Shown here: piece by piece, positions 1 to 10,689 of the stretch
Numbering within the stretch: position 1 is the first letter of the stretch
How the letters are laid out: each line of letters opens with the position of its first letter
NCBI GenBank assembly: GCA_013265495.1
Contig: MU057887.1
Span: forward strand, 3,135,576 to 3,195,575
Direction: 5' to 3'
Length of the DNA: 60,000 nt
From: Vicugna vicugna
Lineage: Eukaryota
Made by a program: the position numbers and the translations under genes
Notes under the pieces: generated by a model
What the model was told of the DNA's origin: nothing
What the model saw: only the letters and a program-made list of their open reading frames with translations
The model's database searches: none

Positions 1-233
1 TGCACCCTGACCCTCCCTCACGAGCCTTTGCTGCTGGCTGAGCAGGCTCGTGGGCAGAGCAGACAGAGCCTGAAGCTAATTAACTCCGCCAGATGCACAG
101 CCCTGCCCCTCGGTCTCCCGGCGGGATTCACAGGCTGCTTCTGGCCCTCGCTCACCAGACACCGAAGGCTCAGGGACCCAGGAGAGCTGACCCCTTACAG
201 ACGGGTGGAGGGCGGGTCAGGGAGGGCCTCCTT

Positions 234-1035
234 CTGCGACTTCGACTTCGTTCCTCTCACATTCACACGCAGCCCTTCCCACACCAGACGGGCGGGTCCC
301 TTTCCTCCGCCTGGTTCTGCCACCCCGGCTAGATGTCCTACGGTTCAGCTCCGTTCTGGCACCGCCTACCTGGAGACAGCACCAGGTCCCGCCCTGCCGG
401 GCGCATCCCACAGGGCTGCCCCCTGCCGCCCTGGTTCAGATGCCCACCGCAAGCCCAGTGTCACCTGAGCATCTGATCAAACGCTTGTAGGCCACAGGCT
501 CCCGTGCCCCCTCCTCTGTTCAGTTAGAGTCCTTGAGCAGCTCACAGGACTCAGAGAGACGTTTTCCCTACTAGATCACCAGTGCTGCGGAAGGACATGA
601 AGTCGGAGCATCCGAGTGGGAGAGGTGCCCAGGGGGGTGGTGGGGAGGGGCCGGGAGCGACCCTGCTCCCTGTAGGCCCCGCGCTCCCAGCACCTCCACC
701 TGCTCCCCAGCCCAGAGGCTCTCTGAAGCCCCCCGTGTTCTGATGGGGGGTCGTTAAGTGGGCTGATGGATTCAGTCATGGGTCATCGGGGATCAATCTA
801 ACATCTAGCCCCTCTGCCCCGCAAGCGTCAGGCGTTGGGCTGAACCCCTCAAATCCCAACCCCACGGAGGTTCCCCTGGCCACCAGCCCCCACCCCGAGG
901 CTCTCGAGGGGCCCACCCTGAGTCACATCATGAACACACAGGAGACACCACTTTGGAGATTCCAAGGGTTTAGGAGCTGCTGCCAGGAAACTGGGCAAAG
1001 ACAGACCATATGTTTCTTATAATCACAATATCACA
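234..1035 (-). mobile_element. MER21-like solo LTR (copy 1)
   Basis: Reverse complement of the right end reads tgtgatattgtgattataagaaacatatggtctgtctttgcccagtttcctggcagcagctcctaaacccttggaatctcc, matching my recollection of the MER21 5' end. Internal segments (tacctggagacagca, ttcagatgcc, gagcagctcacaggactcag) also match. Left boundary approximate. Confidence 0.8.
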
Positions 1036-2079
1036 TCACGATATCCAGCCCAGGTCTGTCTAAGGGGTGCGCCTGGACCCAGCTGCAGCCCCGATGGGGA
1101 GGGATGAAGGGCCGGGGTGGGGGCAGGGGTGGGTGCTGGTCCCGCAGGGCTGCAGGGGCTCAACTTCGTTCCTCTCACATTCACACGCAGCCCTTCCCAC
1201 ACCAGACGGGCGGGTCCCTTTCCTCCGCCTGGTTCTGCCACCCCGGCTAGATGTCCTACGGTTCAGCTCCGTTCTGGCACCGCCTACCTGGAGACAGCAC
1301 CAGGTCCCGCCCTGCCGGGCGCATCCCACAGGGCTGCCCCCTGCCGCCCTGGTTCAGATGCCCACCGCAAGCCCAGTGTCACCTGAGCATCTGATCAAAC
1401 GCTTGTAGGCCACAGGCTCCCGTGCCCCCTCCTCTGTTCAGTTAGAGTCCTTGAGCAGCTCACAGGACTCAGAGAGACGTTTTCCCTACTAGATCACCAG
1501 TGCTGCGGAAGGACATGAAGTCGGAGCATCCGAGTGGGAGAGGTGCCCAGGGGGGTGGTGGGGAGGGGCCGGGAGCGACCCTGCTCCCTGTAGGCCCCGC
1601 GCTCCCAGCACCTCCACCTGCTCCCCAGCCCAGAGGCTCTCTGAAGCCCCCCGTGTTCTGATGGGGGGTCGTTAAGTGGGCTGATGGATTCAGTCATGGG
1701 TCATCGGGGATCAATCTAACATCTAGCCCCTCTGCCCCGCAAGCGTCAGGCGTTGGGCTGAACCCCTCAAATCCCAACCCCACGGAGGTTCCCCTGGCCA
1801 CCAGCCCCCACCCCGAGGCTCTCGAGGGGCCCACCCTGAGTCACATCATGAACACACAGGAGACACCACTTTGGAGATTCCAAGGGTTTAGGAGCTGCTG
1901 CCAGGAAACTGGGCAAAGACAGACCATATGTTTCTTATAATCACAATATCACATCACGATATCCAGCCCAGGTCTGTCTAAGGGGTGCGCCTGGACCCAG
2001 CTGCAGCCCCGATGGGGAGGGATGAAGGGCCGGGGTGGGGGCAGGGGTGGGTGCTGGTCCCGCAGGGCTGCAGGGGCTC
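245..2079. repeat. Tandem duplication, 917-bp unit x2 (245-1161 and 1163-2079) separated by one A
   Basis: Direct comparison gives an offset of 918. ORFs 576..779 and 1494..1697 translate identically, and I saw no differences by eye. Confidence 0.97.
1163..1953 (-). mobile_element. MER21-like LTR (copy 2, product of the tandem duplication)
   Basis: Identical to 245-1035. Confidence 0.8.
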
Positions 2080-2477
2080 CTGGTACCCGAAGGAGAGGGT
2101 GGACCCTTGTGCCCGCAGCGTGAGAAGCGCCACGTCAGGGCCACGGGGCGGGGCCTCTGCTCACACCTCCCTCCTCAGGGTGGGGCCCCCCGCGCTGCGC
2201 CTCTCGGGACTCTCTCCCCACCTCTCCAGTGAGGGCGGGGCTTGGGGGGAGGACAGCCCCACTCCGCATGCTTCCCCAGGCGCCGTGTGTGCCGGCGTCG
2301 CCCGGCCCTCCGCCCCAGAGGCACTGTGGGCGGCCGTGCGTCAGCGCCCTCCGGGTCCGGCTGCTGGTCCAGCCCTGCGGCGGTCGGCGGTCGGCGGTCG
2401 GCGGCAGGAGCAGGCAGGGGCAGAGTGTGTTCACTGCGTCTATCGAGACCCTTGTAATAATGAGCTTTGGCGCAGGT

Positions 2478-2535
2478 ATGTGCACTCACACCTGCGTGCA
2501 CACACGTACACACGTGCGCACACCTGCACACACAC
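2478..2535. repeat. Degenerate (CA)n/(CACG)n simple repeat
   Basis: tgcactcacacctgcgtgcacacacgtacacacgtgcgcacacctgcacacacac. Confidence 0.7.
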
Positions 2536-4959
2536 GGCCCCGCGGTGTCAGCCTGCCGAGCGCTCCGGGCACGGGTGACCCTGGACGGTGACCGCAGCTG
2601 TGGCTGGCTGCCCCTGGGCCGTCACCCGAGGCTCCTCTGAGCCACGTCTTGGGCGCTGGGAGCCCTGTGTGTGTCCGAATCTGCGTGTTCTCTCCCAGTC
2701 TCCCTACCTACACGTGTGGGGTAAAACTGCCCTGGGGGCTGCCGGGACTGACCTGCGTCCACACTCCCAGAGCCTCCGTCACATCCCAGAGGGACCCGTG
2801 CCCAAGGGAACCGCCAGCCCACTGTCCTCCCTGCCTCACTCCTCGTCAGGAAATACCTCTCTCCTCTGAGACATGAAGCCACAAGCCTGCCACACAGAGC
2901 CCTGTGGCCATGGGGACAAACGGCTCTCGGGGACCGGGGCCCATCAGAAGGAGGCCAACCTCAGGAGCCCTCGGTGGTGGGACCCTGAAGCCAGCAGGGG
3001 ACACCGTGACTTGGGGCACGTCGGGCAGGACAGAGCCTCTCTGTTACAGACTCTGGGAGGAACTGGAGAGCCAGACAGCTGTCCTCGGGTCACCACAGCT
3101 CCCAGGACATTCCAGAGGCTTCTAAGTACCCCCAACGCAGTAGCCCGACAGGCTGGTGTCCGTCCTGGTGGCCTGCTTGCTGGGCCCAGTCGCTGCCAAG
3201 CCAGTGCACATTGAGGGCTCGCACTCACCTGGCTCCGGGCACGTGCTGGGGACTCCGGGGTGGAGGGCAGGGGCTGCCCTCGGAGCTCACCTCCTGGTGG
3301 GAGGCACCTGAGAGCTGAGCACACCCCCAGGCAGGTCAGTCAGACCCTGCTGGCTCCCTGCAGCCCCTCTTCCCGCCTCCCCCTCAGCCCAGCCCCTGTG
3401 CTTGCAGGTGGCCAGGGCACGAGGTCACCCCTGGCACTGACGCTCCCCGTTCCTTCTGGACAGTCCACCCCGGAACTGCCTGCAGCTGCTCCCTGTGCTG
3501 CGTCACCCCGTGGACATCAGGGGGTCCGGGTATGCCCGGCTTTTCAGGCAGAGGCCTGCATTCTTCAGCCGCCCGGCAGCAGGAGCGCTCAGCTGCCCTG
3601 GGTCAGCGGTCGCAGGGCAGAAGCTGATGGGTAGACAGACAGGACGCCAAGCCACGTGGCTGTGGGGCTGGGCAGCCCGGATGGAGCGGTGTTCCGGAGA
3701 CTCAAGGACAGTGGCATAAACAGGCCAGGGGCCGACTGACAGGAGAGGATTTGGGGCCAAAACTAGCCTTTCAGGTTTGCAGCCTCACCGAGGAGTCTGC
3801 GGCAACAGGGTATGTCCCACTGGGGGCCCCACGAGGTGATGGAGGCTCAACCCCACCTACACACTGCTTTCCAGCCACTTGGGAACAACTCAGTTATCAG
3901 TACGTGCCCACCATGCTGGCTCCAAACCAGCACGCGAGACACGGGAACCCTCACCGTGAGTGCGTCTGCGGCCAAGTTAAGGACCGCTGTCGGTGACGGC
4001 CACCATGGGCGAGTTTGAAAGGCAGGTGACAAATTGGGAGTTATTCACAAAATCTAAAATCAGTAAGCCGCTGGTAGTGAAAGGAAGCAAGGGACAGCCT
4101 TTGAAAACGGGGCAAATGGACTGGGGACGAGTGGCCGGAGCCGGCACAGGAGAGCTGGCTCGCTGACGGAAGCGGAGCGCCAGCCTCCCAGGGCAGCTCC
4201 TGTGACCCTAGGAGCTGGGCAGGGGGTGTGGCAGGGGGTGTGGCCAGCCAGGTGGAGGCTGTGGGGACAGGACGAGACACAGGGACGCTGCAGTGTCACA
4301 ATAGGTGGCCTCGGTGGCCTGGACCCCGCGGTGACCCTGCCGCTCCTGCGTCACCGGGCGGGCAGTGGGGCACCAGGCACAGGACGGTCTCCAGCGGCTT
4401 GGCTGTGCAGAGGGTCTGGGTGGACCTCGCGGTCAGCGCTGCCCGCAGGGCCCGTCAGATGGGCCCTAAACAGCAAGGCAGTGCCCGCAAACCCAAACTG
4501 CACGTGTGGGGAAAAGCAACGCAGGTTTTCACCGGAACCCTTAAAAGTGTGTGTCAGAGCGTGTCGCCCCCGGAGGGGGTGGGGGTGGGAGGGAAGCCTG
4601 GGCAGGTGTGTGAGTGAGGAGAGCAGCTCGCCCAGGGCCGGGGGCTCGGGAAGCATACGCCTTGTGAGAAATAAAAGAGCAGCTCCCCCGGGCAGTGCTA
4701 ATAAAATCTAATTGCCCAACAAAAACAATAGCAACAAAACGGGACACACAGGAAGCATTTCAGGAACGCAGCCCTGCCACAAAGTGACACTTTAATCCAC
4801 GGCAGTGGTCCAGGCACCCAGAGCACTGAGCCAGGGCCCTGAGAACCTCGCACGCGCCTTCTCCTGGACTGTCCTGCCGACCCTGAGACGAGCGCTGCAG
4901 CCTCCGCGCGCGGAGGGCTGGCCGGTACCGTCGGCACGGCTGCAGGGGTGCTTGGCTCT

Positions 4960-5330
4960 CCGAGTCACTGAAACCCCGACAACGGCAGCCAGGACTGCGT
5001 CATCCCGGAAAAGTGAAACGCACGGACGGAGTGGAAAGCTTCAGGATCGGTCTGATCCAGCAGCTCAATGCTTTCATCAAGTACCTGAGAGAAAGCGTCT
5101 CTCTCTCTGCCAGCAGCACCCAGGATGACATCATAGTTCTTCACCCAAACCCAGAGCGAGCAAGAGAGGTGCTGGGGTGGGGAAGAGAGAGGGGAGTGGA
5201 GAGAGAGGGGGAGAGAGGAGCAATGGCTGCACTGGAGTGAGCCCCTTGGGTCATGCGCTTGGTCCCAATCCGGCTACAGGGCAGGGGGGAGCTTGTGCAG
5301 GTGCGGGCCAACCCGGGAGGGCTCCTGTGT
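4960..5330. mobile_element. Old MLT1 (MLT1J/K-like) LTR fragment
   Basis: gcttcaggatcggtctgatccagcagctcaatgctttcatcaag and cttgggtcatgcgcttggtcccaatc resemble recalled MLT1K blocks (gcttcaggcatggctggatccagg.ctcaaa.gatgtcatcag; ctgggtcacgtgcccatccctgaaccaatc). Confidence 0.5.
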
Positions 5331-6749
5331 CGGGCCTGGCACCCACGTGTCCACCGCAGCCTGACGTGAGCCCAGGTTGGAGTGACTCACCAGTCGTCCT
5401 GAGCTTCGCCCAAGGCCGGCATCCCGAGTCACCCCTCGCTGTCTCCACCCTTGGCAGACAGGGCTGCCCCCGACTCCTCTTGCTCCACGTCCCTGCCAGT
5501 GGGGGTACCACGCACGCGTCCAGTCCCCCGGCCACTGCCCCTGCCCCTGCTCCTGCTCCAGCCACGTCCAGCTATTTGACGAGGACACAAAGTGAGCGCC
5601 AAGGCGGCAGGCCAAGGTCGCAGACACTCTCCCTTGTTTAGCTTCCCTGCTGCTCGGCTGCGCGGAAGTCGCCTGCTGTCTGTGCGTGCCCCTCGCCCCC
5701 TCCTCCTCAGCGTGCGGGGGACGCCGCGTTACTGAAATCGGCCGCACGGTCAGGAGGAGCGAGCGCCGGCCCGCGGGGAGCCACCAGCCCTCGGGCGTCT
5801 CCAGGCCTTGAGCAGCTCTCAGCAGACACCGGCAGCAGCGTTTGCAAGGGGCGGCGTTTCCGTTCTGGGAACGTGGAGGCCTCGCTACAGAGACAAGAAG
5901 GCACTTCAGTCCCAGAAAGTGTCTCCGGACGCCTGGTCCGGCTCCTCCCGGGCCCCACGTTTATCCAGAAAACGGGGAGCTTGAGGGGACCCCTTTCCAA
6001 GACCTTGGCCAGCTTGGCCACGTGCCCCTCCCAGCTGCCGCCCCCGGGGGCCGATGCTGGCCAGCCTTCCTCTTTAAGATGAACTTACGTCGACTCCCTT
6101 CTAAGTGACGCTTGTTTGAGGGAACAGAACCTTTGAACGTGTGTTTGGAGTCCTGTTGAGATCTGCACAGTGCACATCAAAGCCTTGTGAGCAGAAACGT
6201 CACAAAACGCATCTCGGGGAAGGAAGCACGTTCTCCCGTGTCAGCCACACTCACCTGTGACTGCGGCGGTCCCCCTGTGCCAGGACCTGGACCAACTGGC
6301 CTCGTCACCCGTCCTCACGACCTCAGGGGGCGTTGTTCCTGCTCTGCCGATGAGGTTACCAGAGAGGACTGTCCACGACAAAAGGTCTCGAGGAGAGCCA
6401 GGCACAGCTGCCACCCCCTGGGGACAGCAGGGACCCAGTGTGCTGTCGCCTGCAAAGGAGGGCTTGTGCACCCCAGATGCGTCCACTCAGGTCTCCCAGG
6501 ACACCTGCACTCAGGGCGTTGGAAGCAGGAAGCAGCGGTAACGATGACAATGTTGATTCTGGGTCCTCAGCCTCCTTTCTTCCCCACGGTCCCTCTTGAC
6601 CCCTCGTCACCCGAGGCTCCGTGAAGCTGGCTGAACCCACGCCGGGGGCAGGGCTGGGCAGGGGCGCTGACGCCACCTCTGCTCCGCACCCCGACACCCT
6701 CCGAGGGGAGGACCGTCTCCTCTCTTGTCTTAAAAGCCCGTGAGACCCA

Positions 6750-7300
6750 GACGGCCAACAGGCACATGGAAAGATGCTCGATAGCCACAATTATCAGAGA
6801 AATGCAAGTCAAAACTGCAGTGAGGTTCCACCCCACACCAGTCAGAAGGGCCCACGACAGTACGGGCTGCAGAGGGTGTGGGGGAGAGGGGCCTCCTCCA
6901 CGGCTGGCGGGAGTGTAAACCGGTGCAGCCGCTGCGGAGCGCGGTGCGGAGGTGCTGGAGACACTGGAAACAGCCTTCCGGTGTGACCCAGCAGTCCCTC
7001 TCCCGGGCACGTGTCAGGAGGGGCTCTGACCACAGCAGCGCTATTTACAGCAGCCGAGGCCTGGACGCACCCAGCGGCCCTCGACGGGCCTGGGTGAGGA
7101 GCTGCGGTGCGTTTGCGTGGTGGGACGTGCGGCCCCCGGCCGGCTCCCCTCGCCCGGCACCAGCGCCCGTCCCGCCACCCCTCCGGCCGGGCGTCCCCGG
7201 GGTGTGTCGGAAGAGGATAAAGAGGGGCCCCAGGGTGCTGACTCCAGAAGGAGAAGCGGACACCCGGCCTCAGGTCGCGGTCGTCGCGCGCCCTCACAGA
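6750..7300 (+). mobile_element. L1 ORF2 C-terminal/3' fragment, heavily GC-shifted
   Basis: ggccaacaggcacatggaaagatgctcg...atcagagaaatgcaagtcaaaactgcagtgagg...cacaccagtcagaa...gagggtgtgggg...gggagtgtaaaccggtgcagcc...gacccagcagtccctctcccgggca...gcagcgctatttacagcagcc is collinear with the mammalian L1 ORF2 end. Confidence 0.9.
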
Positions 7301-8719
7301 CGCCTGGTCTCCTAAGCGGCCCTCCGCGCTCCCTGATGGCCCTGTCTGCTTTTCATAATACAATTTAATTTTTATGTACAGATTTTTCTGAAGGGCAGAA
7401 ATGCATTTTCACTTTATGCCCCAGTAATTCAGTTTTAAACCAAGCATAAAAACTCAATAAACAGCAAAGAGCAGACTGCGTGTGCCGGCCCCGTGACCTT
7501 TCACTGTTATTTTTTGAATAAATAAGAAAGTGGATAAAAGTCACATATGAAGTCGACTGCAGATTTTCCCATCGTCTGTTAGAAAATCAGCCGGAATTGA
7601 CAATAATGCGATAGGTCATGCTTGAGAGCGCTCCCAATTGGGAATGTGGGGCCCGGAGATTGGCTCTCGGGACGATCGCCGGGGGACGGGGCGGCGGGCA
7701 GGCTCTCCTGACCTTGAAGCCGTCCCCCACGTCCAGATGCCGTAATAAATGCAGACTCTCTGCGCCAGCCGCCCCCGAGAAGCCGGGGAAAATGAAGATT
7801 CACAGAGATGCCGCACAAGTTGATTTTTCCATCGGTTCCTCAGACGCCTGCTAAGTGGAGGGGCGCGGGCGCGGGGACTCCATGCATAGTGCATGAGGCA
7901 CGGGAACGGGGACAATTACTCAGGGATTTGAGCAAAACGCGCCTCCTGCTCGGCCCCGCTGGGAGATGGCTCGTGGGTGATTTGAGCTGCAGCCTCCTTA
8001 ATCCCCGCACAGAGGACCCGCGTCTTCCCTCTGGACCAACTCAGAGGCCGCAGCCCTGCCCCCTCCCGGCATGCGCCTTGAGCTTCTCCCCGAGTCCAGT
8101 GGCGGGATGCTCGCCCCGTGGAGCCACAGGACGCTCCCTGCTGTTTGCCGGGCCCAGACCCCCAGCTCCTCACAGGACGTGAGAAGAGCCGAGACCCCGC
8201 GCGGTGGACTCTGTGCCACATGCTTCACGCGCTCACAGTGACTTGCAGTCCGTCTCTCCTGCTGTTTCAGGAAGGCGGATGGGTCGGGCCGGGGCGGTCC
8301 CGCAGAGGCCGGGCGCAGCGCTGGGCCACCCGGGAGCGCCGGCGCGAAGGTCCTTGATTTCACTCTGCTTTCCGTGGCTGATCAGCCTCACTGCGTTCAC
8401 TCAGAAATTAGGGTCTTGCTACACTTGCACTGGGCAACCACCAGGGGTGGTGACAGGAGGCACCTGGTCACCTGAACCAGGACCCCAGCCCCACCCTGTC
8501 CTCCCTCCCAGCTCCGTCCCTGCAGCCCCGCTGCCCTCCTGCGCCCCCTCCAGCAGGACCCTGAGCTCAGGACCTCGGTTTCTCCCCTGAGACACACCTG
8601 TGGCGGGGGCGATGTGGCTGTGGCACGTACTAGGGTTAATAATGATGATGATGCGAAACGGCAGTGCACCCACCGTCCGGCCAAGGGCGGCCTGGCCCCT
8701 GTTCCCCCTTAGGGGCCCT

Positions 8720-10330
8720 CAGTGGCCACAGACTGCTTCCTCTTTACAAACATACAATCCATCCAAAACTCTGTGGTCATCATTCCCTGGCTTCGTAAAG
8801 AAGGCTGTTTACACACAGAACCCACATCCGTAAATGCCGCACAATTTAGATTTGCCTGGCTTTGCACTTTCTGTGAATGGCGTGGTTCTGAGTGTGTTCC
8901 ATGGCCTGTCTTTTTGTTTGTTTTGTTCCGAGAGCAGCTTTTGCAGAACCACCGCTGTCTGTTACGTGCAGCTGACACGCACTCGTCTTCACGGTGCGTC
9001 ACGTCTGTGGCGGGGCCACGCGGGCTCACCCCTTCTCTGTTGGCGGCACTGGGATTGCGTCTGTGTTCTGGCGCCGAGAACATGACAGCTGGGGGGGGGG
9101 TGTGACTACTGGTGACACTAGATTCTCCAACCCAAGAAGTTGACCTGTTGGCCTGCAGGACACATGTGGGTCAGGGACACGGTAAGGCCAGCCTGGCTTT
9201 TAGAGCCGGACAAGTCGCCCTCCACCAGCAACCAGAGCCTGTGGGAGCTCTGTGTGCACCGCAGGTGCTTGGCCGTGTGCCTGTGTGTGCGTGTGTGCGT
9301 GTGTGTGGGTGTGCCTGTGTGGGCATGTGTGTGTGCACATGTGCGTGTGTGTGTGTACGGGGAATCTCATCTCACTGAATTTCCGGGCTGAGGCAGAACA
9401 TCGGGCGTCGGCTTGTGTACTGGTGGATCGTCCAGACTTCCCCTTCCATGCCTTCTGCCCGCTTTTCTGCGGGCTTCCTGTTTTCCTGCCTGCCGTGCGG
9501 GAGTTCGCCTGCTTCCCGAGAGTTAATCCACCGTCACTCACACGTTTTGTGACTTTTCGTCCGCCTTTGTAACTTGCTTCCTCGCCTGCCTTACGGCGTC
9601 AGGGGCTGAGCAGCGCGGCTCGATCTTAATATAGTTAAGATCATCAGGCTCTCACTTCCTAGTTGGTGGCTTTTTGTTGTTGTTTGTTTTGGAGTCTTGT
9701 TTAAGAAATGTTTTCATACCCCAAGGGCATAAACTTCCTGTGCTGACTTCTAAAATGCGTTAGTTTATCTTTTACGTTTTGGTCTTTAATTCAAATAGAA
9801 TTAATTTTTATATATGGTATGAATTAGAATCAAATTCCATTTTACTTTTTTGTTATGAGAATGACTAGCACTGTTTTTTGAAATATCTGCCCGACTTTTC
9901 TATTTCTTCCTTTTACCAGGTGACTGCACGCAATTTCGGTTTCTGGTCTGTGTTCTGTTCCACGTAGAAGCAGCTGGTCATGACTCTTCTTTAAAAAAAT
10001 AAAGAAAAGAAAAACACGTTGGGATGTTCACTGAAACTATATTGAATTTGTAATTTGGCTTCAGGGAAGTCAGTGCCTTTATGAGAGCGCCCCCCCGTCC
10101 ACGCACGTGGCGCACATCCCTCCTAATTCGTAGCGCGAACTGATTTTTTCAGAGATCTGCAGCTTTTTCCGAAAAGGTCTTAGGCTTGTCTTCATGGACT
10201 GTTGCTGGCACCGTAATTGTTTTGTTATTGTAAGTGTTGTTATTGTCGAAATGTTTAATTTTATCAGACTGTTGAAATCCGTTGAGAAAAGATACATTTT
10301 GCTCCTGTCTCAGTGTGGACAAAAGCTGTA
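8720..10330 (-). mobile_element. Old L1M/L1ME fragments (3' region and ORF2), interrupted by a TG repeat
   Basis: T-rich plus strand with antisense L1 motifs, e.g. ttgcctggctttgcactttctgtgaatgg, tcttgtttaagaaatgttttcataccccaaggg, ggtctttaattcaaatagaattaatttttatatatggtatga. Confidence 0.65.
9275..9358. repeat. Degenerate (TG)n microsatellite
   Basis: gtgtgcctgtgtgtgcgtgtgtgcgtgtgtgtgggtgtgcc... Confidence 0.9.
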
Positions 10331-10689
10331 ACTGATTTCTGCTGCTCTTTGTTCCTAGGAGAAGCCCACTCAGTAATGCCTGTTTGTTAATAAACTGCTG
10401 CGTTTTTTTGCTTTTATTAAGATCTTTGTGTCTTTATTTATGGATGAAACTGTCCTGTCACACTTTGCTCACAACGTAGTGGTCTTGCTTGAGACCAGTG
10501 TCTTCCTACAACCAAGGTCACAGAAGCCTCTTAAAGTCACCGAGGGAATCACGCCGTAGGGGGTGGAAAGTGTGCATTTTTGTTCCGCGAGTGTCGGGGG
10601 GAGTCTGATCTGTGAGCTTCTCCCCCGTGAATACGGCGGAGCCTTGACTGCCGCCCTTTGAAGCTGTTCTCACAACCAGGCGCTGCAGC

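Noticed and set aside
234..1953. Two identical LTRs as a young provirus or LTR retrotransposon
   Set aside because: The spacer is only ~126 bp of flank that is itself duplicated after copy 2. It is a tandem duplication of an old solo LTR.
2991..3004. CTCF-like ccagcaggggacac
   Set aside because: Mismatch at a highly informative G of the GGC core; near-matches are frequent at this GC content.
5013..5240. Protein-like ORF (FRIGLIQQLNAFIKYLRES)
   Set aside because: Overlaps MLT1-like LTR sequence, has a non-ATG start and no recognisable homology.
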